The translations under genes were made by a program, and so were the position numbers. From the NCBI GenBank assembly GCA_963767275.1, contig CAVYDL010000006.1:941867-1005866 (forward strand): 64,000 nucleotides of DNA, in the 5' to 3' direction. The notes below the pieces were generated by a model. That model was not told where the DNA came from. It was given only the letters and a program-made list of their open reading frames with translations, and did not search any database. This document shows positions 19,526-30,298 of the stretch, in pieces (within the stretch, counting starts at the first letter, position 1; every line of letters begins with the position of its first letter). The DNA comes from an uncultured delta proteobacterium (GTDB taxonomy: Bacteria; Desulfobacterota; Binatia; UBA9968).

Positions 19526-20726
19526 ATGGTCAAGATAAAAGATAGGATACTCCATGTCATCACCGAGTCCGGACCCTACGGCGGTGCCCAGCGCAACACC
19601 TTTCTTACTGTGAAGGGACTGATCGAGGATGGCTATGATGCTGAGCTGATCTGCGGAGCGGGAGGACCACTGATTCAAGAGGCGAGGGCGGCCGGCGTTC
19701 CGGTTTACGTGATGGCGGATCTGGTTCGCCCGGTGCATCCAGTAAAAGATTGCCGCGCGCTGGTCCAATTGTATCGGCTGTTCCGATCCAGGCGCTATCA
19801 CATCGTCCACACCCATTCGGTCAAGGCGGGACTGCTGGGCCGACTGGCTGCTTGGTGCGCGCGGGTTCCTGTGATTATTCACACGCTCCATGGCGTTCCC
19901 TTCCGGATAACCGGAGACTTCAAGTCGCGATTCTACATCGTTTACGAGCGACTCTTGGGCCTCATCACACGCTGTTTTGTTTGTGTCGGCGAGGTTCTTC
20001 GCCAAGAGATATCGGCCTGGAAGATAGCGCCGGAGAAAAAGCTAACGACGATCTACAGCGGCATCGATTTTACTTCGTATGTGCCCCAATACACGGCTCT
20101 GGATACGAAGCAAAAGCTCGGTGTGGAACGGGCATGGCCGATCGTTGGCTGCATCGGCCGCCTTTCTGAGCAGAAAGCGCAACACTACCTCGTTGAAGCC
20201 GTATCATTTTTGACGGACAAATATCCGCACATCAAATTACTGCTTGTGGGCGAAGGCGGGCTGCGCTCCTTTTTGGAAAAACAAATCCGCGACCTTGGCC
20301 TCTCATCGAATGTTTCGCTGCTTGGGGAGCGCGACGACATCGCCGATCTTCTTAATGTTTTCGATGTTTACGCGATGTCGTCCCGTTGGGAAGGCGTCGG
20401 GCGGGCTTTGACGGAAGCGATGCACATGGGACTCCCGGTCGTAGCGACCTCGGTCGACGGGGTAACAGAACTCATCTCTGATGAAAAAACCGGACTGCTC
20501 GTTCCGACCGCAGAATCCTCGGTCATTGGCCGCCGCCATCGATCGGCTGTCTGTGGACCGCGAGCTGGCAAAACGCTTGGGATCAAGCGCGCGCCAGAGA
20601 GTGAAAGAGCTCATGGACGGTCAGCAGATGGTCCGTGCCATCGAGGAACTCTACCAGAAACTAACCGAGCGGCGTATAGATGAGAGCCCGCTCTGTCCGA
20701 GCTTGACATCAGATCAAGCAAAGTGA
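19526..20726 (+). CDS. GT4 family glycosyltransferase, with a C-terminal frameshift near 20515-20530
   Basis: 'ILHVITESGPYGGAQRN' (N-domain) and 'EAMHMGLPVVATSVDGVTELISDEKTGLLVP' (C-domain). The C-terminal tail 'LAAAIDRLSVDRELAKRLGSSARQRVKEL' continues in the ORF at 20481-20726. Confidence 0.7.
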
Positions 20727-21161
20727 CTTGCCCAACAATGTGCAGATGGAAAAATTGGGCCTGGTGGTGGACGGGGCTGCTACCGCTCCTTGTATGGATC
20801 GCGATGATTCTGTGGATCGCTTCCCAACCCAAGACGAGCTTTTTCCCTTCAGAGGTGAAGACCTTTCTGGGCATGCCGCGAGAGTGGCTCCAGTACCCCT
20901 ATCATTTTAGTGTCTTCTTTATCTTGGCGTTTCTTTTCCGCCGAGTCCTCACGTGGTCGACCGGCGGATCTGGCTGGCTATAAACCTGTGGTCTTGTCGT
21001 TCCTCGGCTGCGCTCTCGTTTCCCTATGTTCTGAAGGCCTTCAGTTTTACGTTCCGACGCGGACTCCCGCTGTGCGTGACTTAGCCGTCGATCAGTTCGC
21101 CGCCATCTTAGGACTGGCTCTGATGCGGTTCGTTTCCGAGAAGCTCTTCCGCCTGGGGTAA
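20723..21161 (+). CDS. VanZ-like family membrane protein, split by a frameshift near 20950-20990
   Basis: TM segments 'WAWWWTGLLPLLVWIAMILWIASQP'. The VanZ C-terminal motif 'SEGLQFYVPTRTPAVRDLAVDQFAAILGLAL' is in the second frame. Confidence 0.5.
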
Positions 21162-21184
21162 TAGCTTTAAAGAAAGTAACGCTT

Positions 21185-22940
21185 ATGTGCGGCATTGCCG
21201 GCAAATTGAATTTTCAACAGGGTCGTCCCGTCATGCACGACACCATCGCGCGGATGTGCGCGGTGATGCGGCACCGTGGTCCCGACGACGAGGGGATATA
21301 CCTGGACAGGAATTTCGGCATGGGCATGAGGCGGCTCAGCATTATCGATCTCGCTACCGGCAAACAGCCGATCAGCAACGAGGACGGGTCGATCTGGACG
21401 GTATTGAACGGGGAAATCTACAATTTTTTGGAGCTGCGCGAACCTCTCGAGCAGAAAGGCCACAAGTTTTATACCCATACCGACACCGAGGTGATCGTTC
21501 ATTTGTACGAAGAATACGGAGAAAAGTTCGCCGAACATCTGACCGGCATGTTTGCCGTCGCGGTCTGGGACAAGCGCCAACAGAAGTTGATCCTGGCGCG
21601 GGACCGGCTGGGGATCAAGCCGCTTTACTACTCGGAAGGCCCGAACGGATTACTTTTCGGATCGGAAACCAAGGCGATTTTACAGGACGGCATGGAGCGA
21701 GAGGTCGACTTGCAAGCGCTCCACGATTATCTCTCGTTCAACTACGTGCCGGGGCCGCGTTCGATTTTCAAGCATGTCCGCTCCCTTCCCGCTGGGCATG
21801 TTTTGACTTGCTCGGGAAAGAGCGTGGCGATTGCGCCTTATTGGCAGCTGCAATATCCGACGGCCTCGGCCAATGGCAAGCGGCCGCTCCGAGCAGAGCT
21901 ACTGTGAAGAACTGTACGAGCTGCTGTGCAGCACCGTCAAACAGCACCTGATCAGTGACGTTCCGCTCGGGGTTTTTTTGAGCGGGGGGGTCGATTCCAG
22001 CGCTCTGGTTGCGCTGATGAGCAAAGTTTCCTCGCAAACGATCCGGACTTTTTCCATTGGTTTTGAAGAGAAGTCATACAATGAGCTCGACTATGCCAGG
22101 ATCGTCGCGCGAGAATTTGGCACGGAGCACCACGAGCTGGTTGTCAGTCCCAACATCGTGGATCTGTTGCCCGAACTGGTGCGTTACTTCGATGAGCCGT
22201 TTGCGGATAGCTCGGCGATTCCGGTTTATTGTGTCTCGAAGCTCGCCAGGCAACACGTCAAAGTCGCTCTGAGCGGCGAGGGGGGCGACGAGGTGTTCGC
22301 CGGGTATCACACCTACACCGCCTATAAAATCGCCGAATTGTACAAACGCCTGCCGCGAAAGCTTGCCGCCGAGGTTATTCCGGCCATTGTCAGGCGACTG
22401 CCGGTTTCCCACAAAAAGGTCAGCTTCGATTATAAGGCGAAACGATTTATCGAGGGAGCGCTGCTGGCCCCGGCGGAGGGCCACTATTCGTGGAAGGTGA
22501 TTTTTACCGAGGAGGCAAAAGCCGCGCTTTACGCAAGTAATCGCGAAAGTTTTCAAGACCCCCTCCGGCTATACCAACGCGTCTATGAGGACTGCCCATC
22601 GGCCGATGTACTGACCAGGCTGCAGCACATCGACCTCAAGGTCTACCTGCCGGACGATATTCTCGTTAAGGCCGATCGAATGAGCATGGCCAATTCTTTA
22701 GAGGCGCGGGTGCCGTTCCTCGATCACCGGGTGGTCGAATTCGCCGCCTCGCTGCCGGCGCAGCTCAAACTTCGAGGCTTAACCAAGAAATATATTCTCA
22801 AGCGAACGATGTCGCGTGACCTTCCGGCCAAGGTCCTGAACGGAAAAAAGCGTGGCTTTAACGTTCCCATGCCCGGCTGGCTGCGCCACGAGTTGCGCGA
22901 CGTGGTGCACGAAGTTCTCGGTCCACGGCGGCTCAAATAA
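21185..22940 (+). CDS. asnB: Asparagine synthase (glutamine-hydrolysing) family amidotransferase, copy 1. The N-terminal Cys2 is present. There is a frameshift near 21880-21900.
   Basis: 'MCGIAGKLNF...RGPDDEGIY' is the class-II GATase domain. '...VFLSGGVDSSALVALM' (PP-loop) is in the downstream frame. Confidence 0.75.
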
Positions 22941-23146
22941 TGCCGGGTTTTTCAACCCTGAGGCTGGTGGCCGCGATGATCCGCGATCATGAGAGCATGC
23001 GCATCGATTACAGCCGCAATATTTGGTGCCTCCTGGTCTTCATGCTCTGGCATGACGAGTATGTACGGCATCCACGGGTTGCCGCATGCCAAGAACAAAT
23101 GGCTCTATAGCTTGGTAAATTTTATTTTGCGTCTTGAGGTGTGGTC

Positions 23147-24242
23147 ATGAAAAAACGAGTATTGGATTTTCTTTGTTGCCCCGACTGTCGGCGGGAAAAA
23201 CTCGATCTCAGCGTCTATGCGGGCCGGGAGAACGGCACGCAGGAGATTGTCGAGGGGGATGTCCGCTGTCTTGGGTGTGGGAGCCGCTTCCCTGTGGTCA
23301 ATGGCATTCCACGGATGCTACCGGTGGCGCTGCGACGGTCTCTTGTCCCGTTTCACCGAGACTTCTTCGAGCGGCATCCCGACCTTATCCCGCAAAATGG
23401 AGCCATGGGACCTGATGAGCGGGTGGCGCGGACCCTGGATGGCTACAGCTATCAGCACGTGAAATTGGATGATCATGGAAATGAGTTCCCGCGCTGGAGG
23501 CAAATTTTTTACGATTCCATTCCTGTGGAATGGAGAAAAAGAGATTTTTTCAAGGGCAAAGTGGGCGCCGACATTGGTTGTGGGGAGGGGCGGTTCCTTT
23601 ACTGCGCGCAAGAGTCTGGGGCAGAAATGGTCGGTCTCGACCTCAGCGAGGGGATTGAGGTAGCGAGAAACAACACGATCAAATCTAAATATTGCCACGT
23701 CGTCCAGGGCGATATTCATCACCTGCCATTCAAGCCGGGTGTCTTTGACTTCGCTTTTAGCATTGGCGTACTGCACCATCTGCCCAACCCTCAGAATGGC
23801 TTCCGGCGAATCCTGCCAGCGGTTAAACAAGGCGGCAAAGTCTCCATCTGGGTCTATGGGCTGCAGGGGATGCGCTGGTGGTACCGGTTATCTCATATGA
23901 CGTGGTTGCGGGGTATTGCCCCGCGCCTTCCCAGGTGGGGACAGTACATGGTCAGCTTGGCAGTGGCGAGCGCTTTGGAACTTGGGATCTGGCTGCCGTG
24001 TCGTATAGTGTCGCGTTTTCCCGGCGGGGCAATCTTTGGTCAGCCGGGTTCCCTTCGGCGATGCTTGCCGAAGATCCTTCAGAGCAAAGATCAGAAGCGT
24101 CTTCGATCGGGTCCAGCCGCCGGTGACCCACTATCCCACAGCAGAAGAACTAGACGGCTGGTTCAAGGAGGCGGGGCTGAGAAATGTCACAGTTCTCAGC
24201 AAAAACGGCGCAGGATGGATAGCCGCCGGGGAGAAGGCGTAG
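23147..24242 (+). CDS. Fused Trm112-like zinc ribbon and class I SAM-dependent methyltransferase, with a C-terminal frameshift near 24030-24070
   Basis: 'LDFLCCPDCRRE...VRCLGCGSRF' is the ribbon; 'GADIGCGEGRFLYCAQESGAEMVGLDLSEGI' is motif I/II. The C-terminus continues in the ORF at 24036-24242 ('FDRVQPPVTHYPTAEELDGWFKEAGLRNV'). Confidence 0.7.
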
Positions 24243-24255
24243 CGCGGATAGCACT

Positions 24256-25466
24256 ATGAAAATTACCCACGTGATCAGCGGACTCACCGCCGGCGGCGCG
24301 CAAACGATGCTCTATAAGCTACTCTCGCAGATGGACCGAACAGCTTTTACCGCTGAAGTCATACCACTCGCGGACGTCGGATCCCTAGACAAAAAAATCC
24401 GGGCGCTAGGGGTTCCGGTTCGGACCCTCGGGATGCGCCCGGGAGTACCGAACCCCTGGGGAGTTCATAGACTTGCCCGCTGGCTGCGGCGCGATCCCCC
24501 CGACCTCATTCAAACCTGGATGTACCACGCCGACCTCATTGGCGGCCTCGCGGCTAAGTTAGCCGGCGGCATTCCGGTAGCCTGGAACATTCGCCACAGT
24601 GATCTCGATGCCAATGCGAACAAGCGCAGTACTTTTTGGACCATCAAAGCTTGTGCGGGGTTTCCCGCTGGCTGCCAACCCGGATCGTCTGCTGCGCGGA
24701 ACTCGCTCGCCGAGCGCATACTGAATTCGGCTATTTAGGGGAGAAAATTGTCGTCATTCCCAACGGTTTTGACCTGAAGGCATTCCGACCGGACCCCGCG
24801 GCGCGGCTATCTGTGCGTCAAGAGCTGGGCATCGCCAAAGACGCCTTGATCATTGGATTGGTGGGTCGCTTTCACCCGCTAAAGGATCACGGCAATTTCA
24901 TTGACGCCGCCGCCCGGCTCCAAAGCGAATATCCGGAGATTCACTTCTTACTCTGCGGCGACGATGTGACGCCTGAAAACACGGCGCTTGGCCAATGGAT
25001 CGCAGCGCGCGGCATCGGCGCGCGCTGTCATCTTCTAGGGCCACGAGATGATATTCCAAGAATCAATGCCGCGCTCGATATTGCGTGCTCTTCTTCCTAC
25101 ACGGAAGGGTTTTCCAATGTCATCGGCGAAGCAATGTCTTGCGGTGTGCCTTGTGCCGTGACCGATGTCGGGGATTCGGCGTTGATCGTGGGCGATACGG
25201 GCAGGGTTGTACCACCCAAAAATCCGCGAGCTTTGGCCGATGCGTGGGGCGAATTAATCAAGATGTGTCCGGAGAAAAGATCTCAACTAGGCGCAGCAGC
25301 ACGCCGCCGCATTGGTGAGAAGTTCAGCTTACAGGCGATTGCTCAGAGATATGAGGAATTATACGAAGCGATTGCCGCCCATGCCCCCAACGTCATTACC
25401 GACACCCTGTCAATGGATAAATCCGGGCGCAACGGGCGCATCGATGAAAGCAATAATGCCCGCTAA
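24256..25466 (+). CDS. GT4 family glycosyltransferase, with a frameshift near 24650-24700
   Basis: 'MKITHVISGLTAGGAQTM' (N-domain) and 'EGFSNVIGEAMSCGVPCAVTDVGDSALIVGDTGRVVPP' (C-domain) lie in two frames. Confidence 0.7.
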
Positions 25467-26238
25467 ATACCTCATTCGTTTTGATGACATCTGTCCCACG
25501 ATGAACTGGGATATATGGAAAAAAATCGAGCAGATCCTTATTCAACGGAAGGTAGATCCAATCTTGGCCGTTGTGCCGGATAACAAGGATAAAAATCTGA
25601 TGGTCGGGGAAGCCGAGTTGAGATTTTGGCACGTGGTCCGCTCATGGCAGGCGCGCGGATGGGCAATCGGCATGCACGGCTATCAACATACCTATGTGAC
25701 CGATCGAGCGGGACTTGTCGGACTCAACAACCGAAGCGAGTTTGCCGGTCTTGACGAGCATGAGCAGGAATCCAAACTGAACAAAGCACTGAACCTATTC
25801 CAACAGGAAGAGATTACTCCCGAGGTTTGGATTGCACCGGGGCATTCTTTCGATGCCATAACGCTTCGCGTTCTGAAAAAACTGAAAATAGACGTGGTCA
25901 GTGATGGGTTTTATCTTTCGCCGAACACCGATTCTCTTGGGATCATCCACATACCGCAACAGCTTTGGCGACTTAGACCCATGTCCTTTGGACTCTGGAC
26001 TGTTTGTTACCATCACAACAGCTGGACTAGCAGCGATGTTGAACGATTCGGATCTGACATCGAACACTATCAGCACCAAATCACGGGATTGCGCCGTGTT
26101 CTTGCCTTATATCGCACCCGCAAGCGCAACCTTTCTGATGCACTGTTCTCGCGCGGCTGCCTGATGGCTCTTCAGACCCGAAGCACTGTACGAAAACTGC
26201 TCGCTTCCCATCAACAGTCAGTTACCATCACGAGCTAG
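25444..26238 (+). CDS. DUF2334 / polysaccharide-deacetylase-like protein (paralog of 14126-14950)
   Basis: 'AKYLIRFDDICPTMN' and 'GMHGYQHTY' are hallmarks of DUF2334. Confidence 0.6.
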   Translation: MKAIMPAKYLIRFDDICPTMNWDIWKKIEQILIQRKVDPILAVVPDNKDKNLMVGEAELRFWHVVRSWQARGWAIGMHGYQHTYVTDRAGLVGLNNRSEFAGLDEHEQESKLNKALNLFQQEEITPEVWIAPGHSFDAITLRVLKKLKIDVVSDGFYLSPNTDSLGIIHIPQQLWRLRPMSFGLWTVCYHHNSWTSSDVERFGSDIEHYQHQITGLRRVLALYRTRKRNLSDALFSRGCLMALQTRSTVRKLLASHQQSVTITS

Positions 26239-26287
26239 CACTTAGGTAAGCGGATTCGGCCATTCGCGTCGCCGCAAAAATAAATTT

Positions 26288-27154
26288 TTGAGATTTGACT
26301 TTATGAGCTTGCCAACTTTTTTGGGTATTGGGGCTATGCGATCAGGCACTTCCTGGCTTTATGTGCAGTTACGAAGCCACAAAGATGTTTACATGTCGGA
26401 GCAAAAGGAACTCAACTTCTTCAATGATTTCTATAGCAACGGCATAGAGTGGTACCGTGGACATTTTCCGTTAGAAAAAGAAGCCGCGAACTATAAAGCA
26501 GTCGGAGAAATTACCCCGACGTATATGACGGCTCCGGATGCTCCGTCCAGAATTCATTTTCATATACCCGATTGCCGGTTTATCGCGATTCTTAGAAACC
26601 CGGTCCATCGCGCTTACTCTGAATATACGAAGAGGCTCCGGGATTTCAATTTTAATGGAACGTTCGATGAGTTCGTCGAGCGATTCCACGAAGTGCTTGC
26701 TCGAGGGTACTACGCGGAGCAGCTTAAAAACTATTTTCGACTATTTTCGCGGGATCGATTTCTCATCCTCATTTTTGAGGAAACGGTCGGAAATCATCAA
26801 GCAGCGACGCGAAAATTATCATCGTTTTTGCAGATCGATCCGAATGGGTTTGATCTGAGCCGAATGCAGCAAAAAGTTAATCCCTCATATCTTCCTAGAA
26901 TGCCGAGCCTCTACTCCTCAGCGGTAAAGATGAGGCAATCTCTGGTGAAGAAAAACCTGGGGCGGGTTCTCACGGCTGCCGAAAAGCTCGGGTTAATTCA
27001 TGCCGCTCGACAGGTTGTTCGATTTCGCGGACCTAGATCTGAGCTCCCCAAGATGGATGAAAGAACACGAAAGCGGCTGAACGACGTGTATTTGCAAGAA
27101 ATTCACACTCTCGAAGAACTCCTAGAACACGACTTATCGACCTGGAGGAACTAG
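26288..27154 (+). CDS. Sulfotransferase (subtype C), intact
   Basis: 'LGIGAMRSGTSWL' (5'-PSB) and 'ILRNPVHRAYSEY' (3'-PB). Confidence 0.8.
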   Translation: MRFDFMSLPTFLGIGAMRSGTSWLYVQLRSHKDVYMSEQKELNFFNDFYSNGIEWYRGHFPLEKEAANYKAVGEITPTYMTAPDAPSRIHFHIPDCRFIAILRNPVHRAYSEYTKRLRDFNFNGTFDEFVERFHEVLARGYYAEQLKNYFRLFSRDRFLILIFEETVGNHQAATRKLSSFLQIDPNGFDLSRMQQKVNPSYLPRMPSLYSSAVKMRQSLVKKNLGRVLTAAEKLGLIHAARQVVRFRGPRSELPKMDERTRKRLNDVYLQEIHTLEELLEHDLSTWRN

Positions 27155-27438
27155 TGCAGAAATTGCTCTCATGGCGGGAACGTTCCTGCTCGCTCGGATT
27201 ATCCGCTGCTCCGAATCCTCCCGACTAGTTCATGCTGCATTCAGCGAATCGGACGCCATGATTTGGCCTAAAAAAAAGGTGATGCCCCTTGAATGACTTT
27301 ACTGCAAAGGTAAGGCAGTAGGCGCAAACAACGTTTGCCGATTGGTCCGCGGCCCATTGGTGCTGAAAACTTCGCGGCTAGTGGTCAGCGGACTTTATAT
27401 AATATACATGCATTCCAACTTTTTAAAGGAGAATGGTT

Positions 27439-27846
27439 ATGAGAACGACGATAAACGCAATGATATTCGCGGCCAGCCTGATCACCGGGATAGCATCCGC
27501 TTACGCGGGGTCGCGGACGATTGAAGGCACACTTGTGCAGGAACCCAGGGCAAGCGACAAGTTTGCTTTGCGAAGCAGCCAGGCTGGAGATATCTGCGTC
27601 CAGATCTGCAATGCGGGTCCGATTTTCGACACCTCCTTCGGCGTCACAATCAAGAGTAAAACCGGCGCCAAGGCCTCGGTATTCGCCCCGGTAGGAGGCT
27701 GCGAGACCGTTTGTGTGCCGAACTCGCAGAGAGCCACTGTCTTCATTTTCTGTGACGAGAGCGTGTCCGACTGTGATGACGTCTACTCCGCCGAGTTCAC
27801 TTGCCAAGGCGAGCTCGTCAAACTTACTCAGGAAGGGAATGAATAG
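27439..27846 (+). CDS. Small secreted Cys-rich hypothetical protein (135 aa) with a predicted signal peptide
   Basis: An AAGGAG RBS sits 7 nt upstream. 'MRTTINAMIFAASLITGIASAYA' is a signal peptide. The protein has 8 Cys. I recognise no family match. Confidence 0.4.
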   Translation: MRTTINAMIFAASLITGIASAYAGSRTIEGTLVQEPRASDKFALRSSQAGDICVQICNAGPIFDTSFGVTIKSKTGAKASVFAPVGGCETVCVPNSQRATVFIFCDESVSDCDDVYSAEFTCQGELVKLTQEGNE

Positions 27847-28070
27847 ACCGCGCGCATTAACCCAGCGCGTTCAGCTGGCGATACGGCATTATGATTTTTG
27901 CGCCGCCACCGTCCCGATCGCCCATATCTCTCTGATGTAGCAACACTCTCAGGCAGTTCCCGCGCCACTTAGTGGCCCGGTCGGCGGGCCTTAAAACAGC
28001 GTAAAAAGTTTTCTTCATTCGGCTCAATACTATTGGATAGTGAGCCGGGTAATTCGCAATCTTAGCGCCT

Positions 28071-28234
28071 GAGGAGCAAGCCTCTTCGGTCACGGGCAAT
28101 AGGTCTCTGTCTTAAGGAGGCCGGCAATCTTAAATGATGCCGCGAGCAGCGAGGAGAAAGCACAGCCACTGCCAAGCGCGCGATTCGTCATTATAGTTTT
28201 TCACTCCTGCGTCCGCTCTACGAGGCTTGCTCCT
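28071..28234. repeat. Perfect 14-bp inverted repeat (GAGGAGCAAGCCTC ... GAGGCTTGCTCCTC) enclosing ~136 nt within the 510-nt leader of the PGT fusion gene
   Basis: 28071-28084 is the reverse complement of 28221-28234. Confidence 0.6.
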
Positions 28235-28357
28235 CGTCCACAATGTGTCGTGTGTTTCCTTCGGCACTGAATAAGCAGGCCTTAGCCCGCTGAGCTATTC
28301 CGTATTTCGACCACCTTCACATACTTCACCATTTCTATTTCTTTTAGGGGCGATCCT

Positions 28358-30298
28358 ATGAAACAGCGCAGTTTTTCAACGGCTGACACCGCGGCTAGCG
28401 GGGAAATTTACCCAACCGCCGTCGGATCTCTCCATGGAAAAATATATGAGTCTGACTGGCTTATTTGGGCCGTCCAAGCGTGTATAAGCGTTTTGGGGCT
28501 TATTCTTTTCAGCCCTCTTCTGATTTTGATTGCTTTTACAATTAAGCTTACCGATGGCGGGGATATATTTTACCGCGGCGAACGGGTCGGCCGGGGAAAG
28601 TGTAGATTCAAGATCTACAAATTCCGGACGCTCGTCGAGGATGCAGAAAAAAAGATCGGCGCCCGGCTATTGCGCACCGAAGATCAGGGCATCTATTACA
28701 CGAGGATCGGAAAATTTTTAAAGCGAAGCAAGCTTGATGAATTACCGCAGCTGCTGAACGTTATTCGAGGTGAGATGCGGCTTACGGGTCCTCGACCGGT
28801 GCGTCCTATCTTCCTCGATCAGTTCGAGCGCACCATCCCAAATTACCCTGATCGTTTCTTGGTGCCCCCGGGTATCACAGGGGTTGCCCAACTTCGCGGC
28901 GGTTATTACACTTCACCACGGAACAAACTTCGTTACGATCTCATCTACATCAAGCGGCGGTCCCTGCTTTTCGATTTCAAAGTCGTCTTCTTCACATTCG
29001 CTAAAATACTCAATCGATGGTTCAACAGAGGGTTTTTCGTTCTTTTCCTGTTTCTCTTTGTTTCCTTTCTCCCGGCTGGCTTACAAACTTCTTTATACGT
29101 AACACTCTTCGGCACCAGGATCAGCCTCCTTTATCTATTCATTATCGTTTTAGCGGCTGGACTCTTCTTTAAGAAGGGGCCTACTCAGGTTTGCCTTTAT
29201 CGTGGCCCGCTCAACTTTCCGCTGGTTTTGTTTTTCGCTCTTAGCGCCGTCTCTGCGTTTTTCGCCGAGGATTTGGATCAGGCCCTCTTGAGGGCCGGTT
29301 ATTACATCGTCACGGGGTTCATGGTTGCCTTTCTGATTGTGAACAGCCTCGCGACCAAGGGGTTTATTATTTTGACGGCGCGAGTCATCGCGCTGACCTC
29401 GGTCGTGATGTCGGTGTTTGGGCTATTTCAGATCTTTCTCTTCAATTATACCGTCGCCTTGGCCGCGCCTTTTTCCGGCGAACAACTGGCCGGCTATATC
29501 CGGGCATCTTCCCTTCTTGGCAATCCGGTGGTTCTGGCGGTATACCTCGTTTTGGGACTGCCGCTCCTGCTGTCGGAGGTGACCCGCGCTTCACGGCAGA
29601 GGGAGCGAGACTTCTGGCTCGTCTGCGCCACCCTGTCTTTCGTCGGCATCTTTTTCACTCAGACACGGATCGGACTCTTAGCTCTGCTCGTGACCGGAAC
29701 CGCCTTTCTTTCGCGACGCCGGGGTCACGCGCTCTTCTTTGTCACGATCTGTTTAGTCTGGTTGCTGTCTCTGATTTCGCTCGGCGGCGCTCGCTTCTCA
29801 CCCGCCGGGATGCGGGGCGAGGTGACCGCCTGGGTGGCAAAACAATTGCACATTCTCCGAGAGATTCCGGTTAAGACATGGCTAATTGGTGGCGGAGTCG
29901 TCACACCCTACCCGCTCGTCACAGAACCTATAGCGGAGATCGCTCAGTCCGCAGAGGAAGAGGCCGCCCGCGAGATACCGAACATGCATGTCACTTTAGC
30001 TCTGGAGCATGGAATAATCGGCTGGTGTGTGATCGTCTGGCTCATCCTGACTGCTGTGCGGACGATGACTCAGGCTCATCGAAGTACAAGAGACCACCAG
30101 CTCAAGTCTATTTTATGGGCGATCGTGTCGTCTCTGGTCGGTTTTCTGGTCTCCATGAACGCCATGAACGTTTTTCACAATCTCACGCTGCAGATCTTTT
30201 TCTGGAGTTTGATCGGTATTGGGCTCGGCATCGTGGTGCATCTAAAAGGTTACCGGCGGTCCAATCTGATCTGGCGGTTCGGCGATGCCGGTGATTGA
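28358..30298 (+). CDS. Fusion protein: an N-terminal small (PglC/WbaP-C-like) polyprenyl-phosphate sugar phosphotransferase joined to a C-terminal polytopic O-antigen-ligase/Wzy_C-like domain
   Basis: Residues 1-230 'LILFSPLLILIAFTIKLTDGGDIFYRGERVGRGKCRFKIYKFRT...DELPQLLNVIRGEMRLTGPRP' are the bacterial sugar-transferase domain. Residues ~240-640 contain at least 10 TM helices with 'FTQTRIGLLALL' (Wzy_C/O-antigen-ligase signature). Confidence 0.75.
   Translation: MKQRSFSTADTAASGEIYPTAVGSLHGKIYESDWLIWAVQACISVLGLILFSPLLILIAFTIKLTDGGDIFYRGERVGRGKCRFKIYKFRTLVEDAEKKIGARLLRTEDQGIYYTRIGKFLKRSKLDELPQLLNVIRGEMRLTGPRPVRPIFLDQFERTIPNYPDRFLVPPGITGVAQLRGGYYTSPRNKLRYDLIYIKRRSLLFDFKVVFFTFAKILNRWFNRGFFVLFLFLFVSFLPAGLQTSLYVTLFGTRISLLYLFIIVLAAGLFFKKGPTQVCLYRGPLNFPLVLFFALSAVSAFFAEDLDQALLRAGYYIVTGFMVAFLIVNSLATKGFIILTARVIALTSVVMSVFGLFQIFLFNYTVALAAPFSGEQLAGYIRASSLLGNPVVLAVYLVLGLPLLLSEVTRASRQRERDFWLVCATLSFVGIFFTQTRIGLLALLVTGTAFLSRRRGHALFFVTICLVWLLSLISLGGARFSPAGMRGEVTAWVAKQLHILREIPVKTWLIGGGVVTPYPLVTEPIAEIAQSAEEEAAREIPNMHVTLALEHGIIGWCVIVWLILTAVRTMTQAHRSTRDHQLKSILWAIVSSLVGFLVSMNAMNVFHNLTLQIFFWSLIGIGLGIVVHLKGYRRSNLIWRFGDAGD

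Noticed and set aside
21187-21951. Alternative-frame 254-aa ORF overlapping asnB copy 1
   Set aside because: Same strand, +2 frame relative to a gene with clear GATase motifs. It is Arg/Ala/Gly-rich nonsense typical of GC-rich out-of-frame translation.
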